Assembly: GCF_006345805.1 (NCBI RefSeq)
Contig: NC_043009.1
Coordinates: 27,218,001-27,282,000, forward strand
DNA length: 64,000 bases
Reading direction: 5' to 3'
From: Octopus sinensis
Taxonomy: Eukaryota
In this document: one piece after another, positions 36,223 to 48,523 of the stretch
How positions within the stretch are numbered: position 1 is the first letter of the stretch
Layout of the letters: every line of letters starts with the position of its first letter
The notes under the pieces: generated by a model
Databases searched by the model: none
What the model was told of the DNA's origin: nothing
What the model saw: only the letters and a program-made list of their open reading frames with translations
Translations under genes and position numbers: made by a program

Positions 36223-37978
36223 TGATTTCAAAAGCAAGATCAAATAATGTCCTCTTAATCTTAAATTATTACTTTGAGGTTATTTTAAATATTAACTGTT
36301 CATTTGTTATAATATTACATTTTGAAGGTATATATGCTAGTTAGATGAATTGGGTACATTTTACTGATGATAGTCACAAAAATATAGATAGAAATTACGA
36401 AAGAGTAAGAAGCATTTTAAAGGTAGGGCCAGTTCATGACACGGATTATTATGAAGGTCCTGGTTTCCAGACTAGGACAGAGTCAGAGGTTCATTTTGGA
36501 GTCGAGAAGTTAAAGTTATGGAGTATAACACGATGCAGATATTTGACATCAGTGATAAACAGGCATTTACAGGTTTTATGAACAAAAGTAAAGCAGCTGA
36601 AGAATTAATGGCCAAAGTTGGTTTCCATGCTAAAAGAGGGGAAAGTAGAAGCAAAGGGAGACATAAGTTGGTCAAAGTAATTGTATGAAATGCTTATCAA
36701 TTCTATTAATGAAGATTGTTCCTATATTAGACCTAACTCTGACTGGGAAGGGAGAAAAAACTAATTTTCTTTACACACATGCATAAAAATGCAGGTATAC
36801 AGACTCATTCCGTACAAAATTATTTCTTTCTGTGAACGCACTGAAGCATAATTTTTAGTGCAGTGATTGTTGCTTAGCCTCAATTCCTCTAGTTTCGATC
36901 CTTCGATCCTTTTAACTTTTCGTGAAGTAAAACTTTAATTTTAGTAGCCAATATGTCTTTCGTTTATAACAAAGATTTGAGGCTGATTTGTTTGCTGTTA
37001 AATCTAGCAGCAAGAGTGTTTATCTAATTGTTATGTTTTTGTGTCACTGTTAAAAGATAGAGTGAGCTTTTTTTTCTCTATAAAATATAGGTCCGTTTCA
37101 GCGTGTGAAAACTCCGAATATAGTGCTAAGTTACAAAAGAAAGTTCCACACGAAACGATACGGTAACTCGGTTTCAATTCCCAAATTTCATTTCATTTAA
37201 GTCGTTAATGAACATATAAAAAATGAAAGTCGTAATTTCACATTTTTTCGGTTCTAAGAACATCTTATTTCATGTCAGTGTAAGAAATAATTTCAACATC
37301 TAGTCTGCTTCAACATATTCACATGAACTCTTTACTTTGGAAGTTGGAAAGATTTTGCTAAACAAGTTCCCTAAATACTTTTGAGTGCCACATGTACAGT
37401 GAAGACGCATATCTTGGTGGTTAAGATGAAGTTTTCATGATCATTAGGTCGTAGTTTCAATTTTTAGACAGGGTGGTTCGTTGTGTTCTTGAGCAAAACA
37501 CTTCATGTTCCGTTACTCTACCTGAAGATGGGTTCCAGAAAAGGCTGGAGAGTTACCGCTGCAAAGGACTGGCGTCCCGTTCACGGGCTAAGAGTTGTGA
37601 GCTCAGTCATTTATACGCAATGGAAACAATGTTGTTCCACTTCATGTGTCATTTGTTCATAAAAGACCGAAATCAATAAGTTGCCTTCAAATTTAAACTT
37701 CAAACTATGAGGCAGGCAATGTTTAAACTCTAAATTTCCAGTAAAATGCTTATTACTTTCAAAACAGAATGTTTCATTGAATTAGCTACCAAAATTTAAT
37801 TCCAACTACAGTGAGAGATCACAAGAAATAATCCATAAAAATGGTAAATCTTAGAGCCGTTTAATCGTTTATTCAGGTTTAATTAAAACCTCCATTAATC
37901 TACACTTCACATCCTAATGAGGTTTTTTCTTGTGTTCATATAGATAATTGAATTTCCAGTTATTTTCATTGTGTACAG

Positions 37979-38120
37979 ATTTGATCGGAGAGTTGATATT
38001 TGACGAATACAATACTGGTCATCTGTGGACTTTTTGTACCATCATTGATCAGTTTCGTTATTCTCTATACTATTCAAGCTTCTGGGTATTTGGGACTCGT
38101 ACTTACCACATATGCACTGG
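37979..38120 (+). pseudogene. Orphan SLC22 exon 4 (unit D1)
   Basis: 142 nt, with about 130 nt of upstream intron homologous to 29770-29866; donor reads ACAAGT. Confidence 0.85.
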
Positions 38121-38224
38121 ACAAGTTATTCATATACATACATACATACATACATACATACATACAGACATACATACATACACATACACATACATACACA
38201 CACACACACATATATATATGTATA

Positions 38225-38606
38225 TATTCTTTTACTTGTTTCAGTCATTTTGACTGCGGGCATGTTGGAGCACCACCACAAAGGGGTTTTAGTCGATTCA
38301 ATCGACCCAAAGACTTATTCGTTGTAAGCCTAGTACTTATGCTATCGGTCTTTTATGCCGAGCCACTAAGTCACAGAGACGTAAATACACCAATGTCGGT
38401 TGTCAAGTGATGGATATACAAAGACACACATAATTATATACATATAATATGTACACTGCGGGCTTCTTTTAGTTTCCGTCTATCAAATCGACTCACAAGG
38501 ATTTTGTCGGCCCGCAACTATAGTAGAAGACACTTGCCCAAGGTGCCACCCAGTGGGACCGAACCTGGAACTATGTGGTTGGGAAGCAAGCTTCCTACCA
38601 CACAGC
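38225..38606 (-). mobile_element. SINE family 2
   Basis: Reverse complement family match. Confidence 0.85.
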
Positions 38607-38642
38607 TATATATGTTATATGTATAAATATCATGAATATGTG

Positions 38643-38737
<95 letters not shown>

Positions 38738-38819
38738 ATTTCAGGATGGTCATTTTTGGGCCAAATAAACACACGCACTATAGATACGTTCTTCACTTCA
38801 GATTTATCATTGTTCTTAT

Positions 38820-39065
38820 ATATTTTTCGTCTGGAAATCTTTCGCCACATATCTGTAATCCCTTCAAGAGATGTTCCCCTACATTCTTGCACTCCCGTCG
38901 CCCGTCACTTCCACTTGGCCAACCATTCCTCCTCTAACATCTTCGTCCTTGGCCTCGCTCTACACTTGGATCCACACTCACGACTTCGCCTGGAACAGCG
39001 GTATATCTTTAATCTACAGACAACTATCCTCCACGGACTAAACACAACCCCCTCCTCCTATTGAT
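38820..39065 (+). mobile_element. Penelope GIY-YIG C-terminal fragment
   Basis: PVARHFHLANH..RLRLEQRYIFNLQT..HGLN. Confidence 0.75.
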
Positions 39066-40394
39066 GGCCTCTATAATAATTATCTGTAATAAAGCATAGC
39101 CTCAAAAACGCCAAATAGCGATACAAACAGCTCCGTATAACAAGGAAGGGAAACAACTGCGAAGGAACATAATTCACTGTTATAACCCACAAATCGTGGG
39201 TTACTAAATAACTTTTCTAAGATTGAATTTCTTCTTAACCTTCGTGTACTGAAAATATTTTCTTAGTTCATTTAGGATTTAACTAATTTTGGATTGCCCT
39301 GAAAACGTTGTGTTAACATCTATTTTCGGATATATTGATTTGAATTACATATTCTGTATCAAAATATGATGATACGACAGAAACAATCATCGGCTTTCTA
39401 TGGTGAATTCAACAATTAAAGATGTGATTTTTTTTCTATCCGTATTTCTGTTGTCTAATAGTTTGAAATTCTCGAAACTCTTTTAAATTATATTTAGATT
39501 TGCTTGCCATACACAAGGAATAATCTTCGGTGTGTATTCTACTTGCATTTATTGATGTCTGATTGTTTGATAGACTTAACCAAATTCGTTTAAAACTAAG
39601 AACTTTATTGCTATCTGCCTGGATGATTTAATCCCTTTTTGCTCTTATTGCACATATATCTGTGTATGTGTGTGTGTATAGATCGATAAGTATGTGCATT
39701 TATATAATTATATATCCATCTCTCTCTCCTTTTATATTTCTACTCAAATGCACACACACAGACTCGCGCGCGCACACACAATTCATATATAGCCAAGATA
39801 GATGTGTTAACAACCCAGTAGCCCAAGTAAAAATGAATTGAAAAAGAGGTTGCTTTTTCACTTATAATATCTGAAGGTTTTCCTACATCAAGAATTAGTC
39901 AGAGATTTTCGAAGCGTTGGTCATGGCTACTTGAAATTTGGATTTATTTACGAGAATGTGAGTAGATGTGTGTGTGTGTGCACAAATGCACACACACGCA
40001 CGCACACACACACACACACACTCTCACACACACACACTCACACACACAAACCTACACACACACATTTTTATATTGTTCTCTATGTGTTCTACGAATAAAA
40101 TGAATTAATTTAAATAACTACAAACATTCGTACATTTGTTCCCAATTAAATTTTAAATATTCATTATGGTCAACTTTCGATATTCCCTTTGACAACAACC
40201 AAATAATTGGTTCCTGAACCAAAAGAATCTATGTATAAAATAGAAATACTGACCGAAATAAGGAGCAGTTCCTATTCTTATTATTACACAATTTAAATTA
40301 AAGAGAAAATGCTCCAAGTTTTACGCATTGATATTTAAAGAAATTTTATGAAATTCTTGAATGTTTAAATTTATTTTTATTAATCTACTTACAG

Positions 40395-40498
40395 TTTGGT
40401 TTGGTATGCGAAAACAAATGGTTAAGATCCACTTTGCAGTCAGTTTATTTTGCTGGCTATCTTGTTGGAGCAATAGTATTTGGCGCTTTAGCTGACAG
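40395..40498 (+). pseudogene. Orphan SLC22 exon 3 (unit D2), open frame
   Basis: 104 nt [35 protein letters not shown]; downstream intron homologous to gene B intron 3. Confidence 0.9.
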
Positions 40499-41815
40499 GT
40501 AAGATCTCCTTCCTTTTTGTATATCCAGTGGATTGTATATGTCGTTTGTCTTTGATATTCCATGCATTCTACCAGAATTCTTTCCTTTTGTAGGTTTCAT
40601 TATTAATTTCCACGTTATAGTAAAATCAATCATTGGTGGAGGAATTTGGTATTTTTTGTACATGAGATATGTTGTTGCTATTTCCTTTGATAAATTTGAA
40701 GTTAGAAATGATGAACTACTTGCAAGATCAGATTAGAAAACCCATCGCATTGATTATAACATTGTTGTCTGGTGAAGATATTTGAAGACATTTTTCTCTT
40801 TACTCTTTATGGACTATTTTCTTACTAATCGGAGTAAACTCCTTGTAGTCTAGATGAGGGGTTCCGTTTTAGTTGTCAGTGGTGTAATTACCAAATGATA
40901 AAAAAGTCAAGTTCCTAAACAGACGATATTTTGACTCAGTTCACATTCTCAATTGTAATTATATTATATCATTTACGTCATTAATGAACAAACCGAACGT
41001 CACAGTTTCACATTTCTGCAGTGCTAAGAATTACCTATTTCATACCTGTATCAGGAACAGTTCAAGCAGCTAAAGTGCCTTGATATATTTAGTTGAATTG
41101 CTTAACGAAGTGGTTATATTTCGCCGAGCAATCTCCCCAAGACATTTTTAAAAGGGGTGCCACACGCTTTTAGACTTACTTGTTAACATAGCATATATAC
41201 AAAATTTCAAGTAACGGCATATACGAAGTTCGTTATATTTTCATTTGCAAAAAGAAAATCCAGAGGATATTAAACAATAATATATTAAATAATAAAACAA
41301 CTTCTGTTTATTTTTATAGATACTTAAGATCATGATTAATCTACAATCAAGATTTTCTTATGAGATTTTCATTTATGTTCTTTCTTTTTCTTATGTTATA
41401 GTCAATTAATAACTTTTATTTTATCTTCCTCTTTTACTAATGTATACCACCCATCTCTGTCTGTCTGCTTCTCTCTCTCTCTCTCTCTCACTCTCTCTCT
41501 CACTCTCTCTCTCACTCTCTCGCTCTCTTTCTCTCTGACACTCGTTTACACATAAACATGAAATCAGATATATATACACACAAAAATAGACAATTCCCTC
41601 TCGCAGTCTTTTATTAATATCACGTTTCAGTTTTGGCGCAGTTAAAGACCTTCTCTGTTATGAGACCTTGTCACCAGACAAAGCGTAAACAATATTTTTC
41701 GAAAATACGTTACGTAAATGTGCAATCCTAGTGCTCAGTTTTTGTTCCTATATTTATTAACAAGCCATTTAAAATTTCTTAAACAATATTTTGAGCATTT
41801 CTGATTTCCATATAG

Positions 41816-41972
41816 ATTTGGTCGGAGAACCATTTTATTACTTGCGAATACATGCCTAGTCGTTTGCAGAGTTACCAAAATTTTCATACCATCGTTGATA
41901 ATTTTTTCTCCATTCTTTATTGGATTGAGGCTTCTGGTAATATTGGCATACTATTTAGAAGTTATACATGAA
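41816..41972 (+). pseudogene. SLC22 exon 4 of unit D2, frameshifted, donor lost
   Basis: FGRRTILLLANTCLVVC.. then shift in a T-run; ATAAGT donor. Confidence 0.85.
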
Positions 41973-42037
41973 ATAAGTTACTCTCACCTACATACATACA
42001 TACATACATACATACATACATACATACATACATACAT

Positions 42038-42199
42038 GACAGCTGTCCACTCGTGACCGAGGACGAGGACTAACTTATAATTTGCATTTGTGACTCTGTT
42101 GGTGGCTAATGAGCCATGTTCTTGACAAGCATACACGTCTGAAAACATTGCAAACCAAGCTTTCTCCATTAACTACACCACCAGCACACTTTCGAGCAA
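42038..42199 (-). mobile_element. RTE-clade LINE 3' end with (ATGT)n tail
   Basis: RRVCLSRTWLISHQQSH resembles the terminal zinc-finger-like motif of RTE; short UTR runs into (ATGT)n. Confidence 0.6.
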
Positions 42200-42282
42200 C
42201 ATACATACATACATACATACATACATACATACATACATACATACATACATACATACATACATACATACGTACATACATACAT

Positions 42283-42700
42283 ATGCGTTTGCAATCCAGG
42301 AACAGGAGATTGCCATAAAGTACCTGGTGAGCAAGAGAGACAGTGACATTCCTGTTATCCCAAGGTGCAGCCGTATGTGTAGGCTACGTCATGTTTCTGC
42401 GGAACACATTACGCATGTGATTAGCAGCTGTCCTAAAATGTCGTCACGGCACTACTTCCCTATGCGTTGCTAAAGGAGAATATGGATAAACTGGGATTTT
42501 CAGAAAGAGAAATGAGCCGGCTGATTCATGCATTACAAGTACAATCTGTGAGTGGAACAGTAAAAATATGCAAGACTTTCCTCAAGTTCCAAATGTGAAT
42601 TTGTCCGTGTTAACTACATTCAAAGATGGAACCTTGTATCTTTGTTGGAAACCGGCTCGCTCTTCAGTGGAAGATTTATAATAATTAAAAAATAGAAGAG
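42283..42700 (+). mobile_element. R4/Dong-type 3' fragment embedded in (ATAC)n
   Basis: FAIQEQEI..CRL..EHITHVISSC.., NMDKLGFS..KTFLKFQM*, UTR ending GAAGAG then ACAT repeats. Confidence 0.8.
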
Positions 42701-42996
42701 ACATACATACATACATACATACATGCATGCATACATGCATACATACATACAAGCATACATACATGCATACATGCATACATACATACATATATACAAACAT
42801 ACATACATACATACATGCATACATACATACATACATACATACATACATGCATACATGCATACATACATACATACATACATGCATACATGCATACATACAT
42901 ACATACATACAAACATACATACATGCATACATGCATGCATACATACATACATACATGCATACATACATACATACATACATACATACATACACACAT
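42701..42996. repeat. (ATAC)n/(ATGC) compound microsatellite
   Basis: Direct sequence. Confidence 0.97.
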
Positions 42997-43176
42997 ACAT
43001 ATAATTTCACTACTCTTATAAATCCTCTGCTTTTGTTATGGTAATACACCAATGAACATATAAAAGCGATAAAATTAAGATATTTCCATCAATCAAAAAC
43101 TATACATAACTGAAGAGGTCATAACTAGATCAAAATATGACAAGCTTTATCTCCCGTGCACGTTGAATATCTTGCG

Positions 43177-43415
43177 ATCAGTGATGTAGCTAGGATATGG
43201 CAGGCAGGGCACTTGCCATGAGCGAAGTTCTGATGGTGGGGCGCAATTTTGAGTCATGAATGTGTAAAGTAACTTACATTTGGCAAATTTTTCAGTCCAT
43301 TCATGCACCTCCAAGTACGCTGCGGCAAATTTTATTGATGTGTGGGTGGTCTCAAGAATGTTGGCCAATGCCTTGTTAGTCGCATTTTGCGCCCCACAAC
43401 CAGAAACCACGCCAC
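43177..43415. mobile_element. Decayed MITE-like element
   Basis: CAGTGATGTAGCTAGG start; internal inverted GGGGCGCAA/TTGCGCCCC. Confidence 0.4.
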
Positions 43416-43699
43416 CACGATACTTGTTGTTTTGAATCAAGAAATATGCGCGTAAATATGCCTCACCGCCGCAAGTTAATATCCTTCTGCCTTCAGACCA
43501 TCATCGGTGCCCTTCCCTCTCTACTCTCGTTTGTCAAAATATCTATTTTCAATTTTTTAAAATTGGTTACGAGCCAATTAAGCCATTCGAGCCGTACACT
43601 CCCATACAAATTAGCCCGCAGCTTAGTCAGAAGTAGCTACTTCCCCTTAACGTTTAAAGTTCTATACGAATAGCTATTTGGCTGACAGTTGTCAACGTT

Positions 43700-43821
43700 C
43701 TCTGCAAACAATTGGTTGATACGGCAATTTCAGATCATTAATCTTTATACTGACGATCTTCTTGGGAATTAATCCTTACGTTTCTTCCTTGCTCAAAGTT
43801 GTTGATCATACTTGCGTGAGT
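43700..43821 (+). other. Candidate non-coding 5' exon and donor of copy C
   Basis: GTGAGTAAATATTTC at 43816, like 18866; 5' boundary unknown. Confidence 0.4.
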
Positions 43822-44174
43822 AAATATTTCCGATATTCTTATGCCTGTGCACAGTGGTAGATTTAGTTTCAAAAAGGTTTGAAAGATTATTTCTGATATG
43901 ATATTTTCACTTGCATATGCAAGCAGAGTAATTTTTTAATGTTAAATCGTAAACATGAGCCAAATTTGTTGACACGTTTTCTAACCAGACCCACTCAAAA
44001 CCATCAAATCAAAAATCTTTAATTTTCAATACTGCAATGGTACGGACTCGAAATAATCAGTTTTTTACTGAAAATATTGTGAAACTGTGAAAATTGTATC
44101 GCATCCTGAAACAATTGTTAGCTTTTTCCTCACGTGTGACTGAATATTGAAAAAAGTAAATAAGTAATAAAGAA

Positions 44175-44360
44175 ATAGGTATTTCGCCTGTCTTTACGTT
44201 CTGAGTTCAAATTCCGCCGAGGTCGACTTTGCCTTTCATCCATTCGGGATGAAGTAAGTACCAGTTACGCACTGGGCTCGATATAATCGACTTAATCCGT
44301 TTGTCTGTCCTTATTTGTCCCCTCTGTGTGTAGCCCCCTGTGGGCAGTAAAGAAATAAGA
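44175..44360 (+). mobile_element. SINE family 1 (further partial copy at 44520-44640)
   Basis: Family match. Confidence 0.85.
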
Positions 44361-44899
44361 AATGAAGCTTACGATAACGTAGTCCAAGACACTCAAACTA
44401 AATCCGTATAGCATTTTGAAATTTCCACCTATCTTTGTAACTGGTTTGTCTGCTTTGTCACTCATCGTAGTGCAAGATAGATTCTTGGAAATTATAAAAA
44501 GCAAAGAAAGTACTTTTATGAGGTCGACTTTGCTTTTATTCTTTCGAAGTCGATAAATTAACTACCAGTTGTGTACTTCGGTCGACCAAATCGACTGGTT
44601 CCCTCCCCCAAAATGTCGGGCCTTGTTCCTAGAGTAGATAAGAGTAGTTCTTCTTTCCTTCAGATTATGTTCGACACGAGACATTTTTTTTATCGTGTAT
44701 GTGTATGTGTGTGTGTGTGCGAGTGAATGTGCGACTGAGTTTGTGTGTGCTTCTTATGTAATGCGTGGTTGTATAGTTATGTGTTATATATTAATAGTGT
44801 AGCATATCGAATATGATTTGTGCCAATTGTTGATGATTTATCACCGTTTATTAATTATATATGTCAATTGCTGTGTTTCGTTTTAAGTATTTTGCAGCG

Positions 44900-45850
44900 G
44901 CAATCGACCAAGTTGTAGCGATTCGAATGGAATGTCATAGGACTTCAGGGCTTTTCTTGCTTTCATACATTTCATTGCATTCCTGAACTTGAGTATTGGG
45001 GTGTCAAATTTATGATGGGAAAGGAGAGCATGGTGGAACCTTGGTTTCTTACTGATGGTAATTTTCATACATGAGATGACCAGACGGTGATCAGTCCAAC
45101 AGTCTTCAAAAGCTCTTTACCCTATTTCTAAAGATGTGAGAAGCACGGTAGGTTCCAAATGAACTCAAAGACTCCGTCAACACCATTAGTTTCAAGAGAG
45201 GAGATAGAAAATCCTGCGGAAACTTTTGTGGAATCTCATTATTTTGCTATTGTAGGAACGAGTTGTGCTCGAATACACTTTAACCGTCTTCAGATCATTG
45301 CGGAATGAGGTCTTACAGAATCCTAATGTGGTTTTCGAGCATCCTGTTGAACCACAGACATGATATTCTGTGCTAGGTAAATCGAAGAGAAGCACCGAGA
45401 ACAACAACAAAACCCCCTTTTCCTTGTGCTTATGATCTGGAAAAGGCTATTGACAGTGTGCCGAGTCCAACCATGTGGATGGTGTTTGATAATTTCGGAT
45501 GTCCTGATCATCTCGTCACCCTTACCCAAGTCCTGCATGATGACATATCTGAACATGCATAAGAATCCCAATTCCATATGGATTGGAACAACGTTGTGTT
45601 CTCGCTCCTACGCTTCTCCCTGTACCTTGCTGCAATGATCCATGAACTTCTCACAGATCAACCAGGAAGAGATATTAGATGCAATTGCTGAGTGGTATCA
45701 ACGAGATTAGAAAAGGCCTTTCGGAAGGCTTCCATGACGATGGTTTAACTAAACGATTTTCACAAGATGGGCAACAAGAAAGAACAGGAAGTACATTGTG
45801 ATCAGCGATGACATCCGATAGTCTAGTCGGTAGAGTGATACGGTTATATA
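44900..45850. mobile_element. RTE-clade LINE remnant with inverted halves
   Basis: Minus strand CWTDHRLVISC (end of APE domain); plus strand DLEKAIDSV..FGCPDHLV (RT). Confidence 0.7.
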
Positions 45851-45879
45851 ATGATTTCAAATTTTACCACAAGGTCAGC

Positions 45880-46066
45880 TAATTTGGCGGAGCGGATGTG
45901 TCAATTACATCGTCCTCGGTGTTCAGATGTTACTTAATTTATCGATCTCAAAAGGATGAAAGGCAAAGTCGACCTCGGTGGAATTTGAACTCAGAACATA
46001 GCAGCAGACGAAATACTCCCAAGCACTTCCCCCGGCGTGCTAACGATTCTGCCAGCTCACCGTCTT
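45880..46066 (-). mobile_element. SINE family 1
   Basis: Family match. Confidence 0.85.
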
Positions 46067-48153
46067 ATATGGGTATATAATGTTTATAATGTTTCAAATT
46101 TCAGTTTTGGAGTCGTGTCTATAGAGTCTAGCAAATCCGTGCCCAAATATATTAGAAAAACCGTTGAATCAAAAGAAGCAGCTATACTCGTGGTGCAAAA
46201 GACACATACGTTCCTAGTTAGATGGGATTCTGACTGAATTCCAGATTAAGTACGTATCAATTTAAATTTATTCTAATACATTTGGGAAATAAATTTCCAT
46301 TGGAAACTCTTCTTATGCTTGTTGGAATACAATGTAACAACTTAAAATGACTGATATTAATCAGATAAATAGCCTCATAATCTATGTATAACTACAGCAG
46401 TATTTAATAATTTGTCTTATTGATATACTTTTATTGTGTAGTGCTATTATTGGTAAAAGAATTACAAATTTGACGAGAAATTCTAGAAAAGCTGTGGTTT
46501 TAATATGGCTGAAAATGAAGAATTTCAACTGAAATCAGTAAAACAGAAATCTACACGTAAATATTTTTATTCCTTAAATGGATTAAATAAAATGTTTTTT
46601 TTTTTTCGAATTAATAATCACAAAAATTCATTTACTTCTTAGAGTTTGTCGTTAAATCACGTTTTGAAATGTCTTATGATTTGAAGCAATTTTATATTTG
46701 GATTGTTTATGATTAAATTATTCCATTTAGGAAATGGAATACTTCATAACAAAACTTAATAAACGAATAAACGTAAGAACTCAATATATGTTTTAGATGT
46801 CAACACATGAATCCAGGCTATAAACCTCAGTATTACGTAAATTTTTAATCCCTCTCTTTACATTGATAGTAGAGCACAAGAAACATTAGGCTGCAGTTGA
46901 ACACATATTTCTATCAGTAAATCTCTACTACACTTACCATGGTGTGTCACACCTGGTGATCACGCATTCAGTTATAAGGCAACTCTTGTGATTAAGGCTA
47001 TAGAACTTAATACAATCTCCAGGTATTTGTTGGTCCCAGTTTACTTTAGAAAAATAAAATACTTATTTACTTATGAAAACCTTATGTTTGTGATCAACTA
47101 TATAACGAATTCTTTCATTCAAATGAATATTCAAAATTCATTTGTGTGCGTGATATTGTTGATGTCATAGATACCAAGTAGCGCATTGGTGTATTAGGAC
47201 AACAACTACAACGTTTGTGTTTAATGTTTTAATGTAAAGTATATACTAATCATTATCCAGATGATATCTACAAATGTACATTATCTCTTGCTACTTGCCA
47301 TCGTAAATTGTATTTTCAACTGAAGTAATCCGTTACTAATACGATATTTGCAAGATACATGGATGTTCAACATTCATGGGGCTGTACCACAAATATAACA
47401 TCAAGTTAATGGGATTATCTAAAGGTCATTATTTTCCATATAATTGTTTTAATTTGCTACTTTGTAAGACTAATTCAATAATGTCTCACGTGATTTTTGT
47501 CGCGTCTAAAGTAAATTCAGTGTAATATTACTATTGAAAAACAAATAAGTATTATTAAATAGTTTCGTTTCGTACACGTAAATTAATTATTTAGTTTTAT
47601 ATAGAATGATAGTATTCACTTTTCAATGAACTCATGTTTTTTAATTTTTTTAAAATTTCAGATATATCAAACAAAGATATTGCACATCTCATAATACAAT
47701 GTGGAACTTTCGGCCCTTTTCAGCGCTGGCTCTACGGTTATGTTTTAACTTTAGGTATTGTGTCAGCAATGCAGTTAATGAACTTGCCATTTCTCAGTGC
47801 AAGCGTTCCTTTTTTATGCTACCCTCCGAACTTTAATGCTTCGTTGATTCCTGCAAATCTTACAGAGGATGAATATTTACAAATGCTTCAACCGGACAGC
47901 GACGATCAATGTTCTGTGTATAACAATAATTTCACTGGGATGTATTATACAACACCACCAAGTAATTCATCTAAACTACAGTGTTCTTATGGACGGAAAT
48001 TTCTGACAGAGGAGTTTTCTACAATTGAAAGCGAGGTGAGTGGTTGAGTCTCTTAATAGCTATAAACTTATATATGAATACATACACACATGGACACCTG
48101 GTGTTAGATATAAACAAACACACACACACACACACACACAGATATATATATAT

Positions 48154-48250
<97 letters not shown>

Positions 48251-48338
48251 TATATATATAATATATATGTACATATGTATGTGTGGATATAGAAATATAT
48301 ATATATATTGTGCGTGCGTTTATGTGTATGTCTCTCTT

Positions 48339-48403
<65 letters not shown>

Positions 48404-48485
48404 GTTAAAAGGAACACACGAGTTGATATATATGAAAAAACAAGTCAAAATAGAAAATGCTAAAATAATTTTATAAAGAACATTT

Positions 48486-48523
48486 CAGTACCGGTTTCGG
48501 TCATTTTGAGACCTTTTCAACTG
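48486..48523 (-). ncRNA. Minimal type-I hammerhead ribozyme, U3-A8 core
   Basis: CAG-TTGAAAA-GGTC(TCAAAAT)GACC-GAA-ACCGGT-A-CTG. Confidence 0.7.

Noticed and set aside
37515-37552. CTGAAGA-TGG/CCA-GAAA hammerhead-like string
   Set aside because: No valid NUH site, helix I fails after 1 bp, and it lies in a decayed SINE
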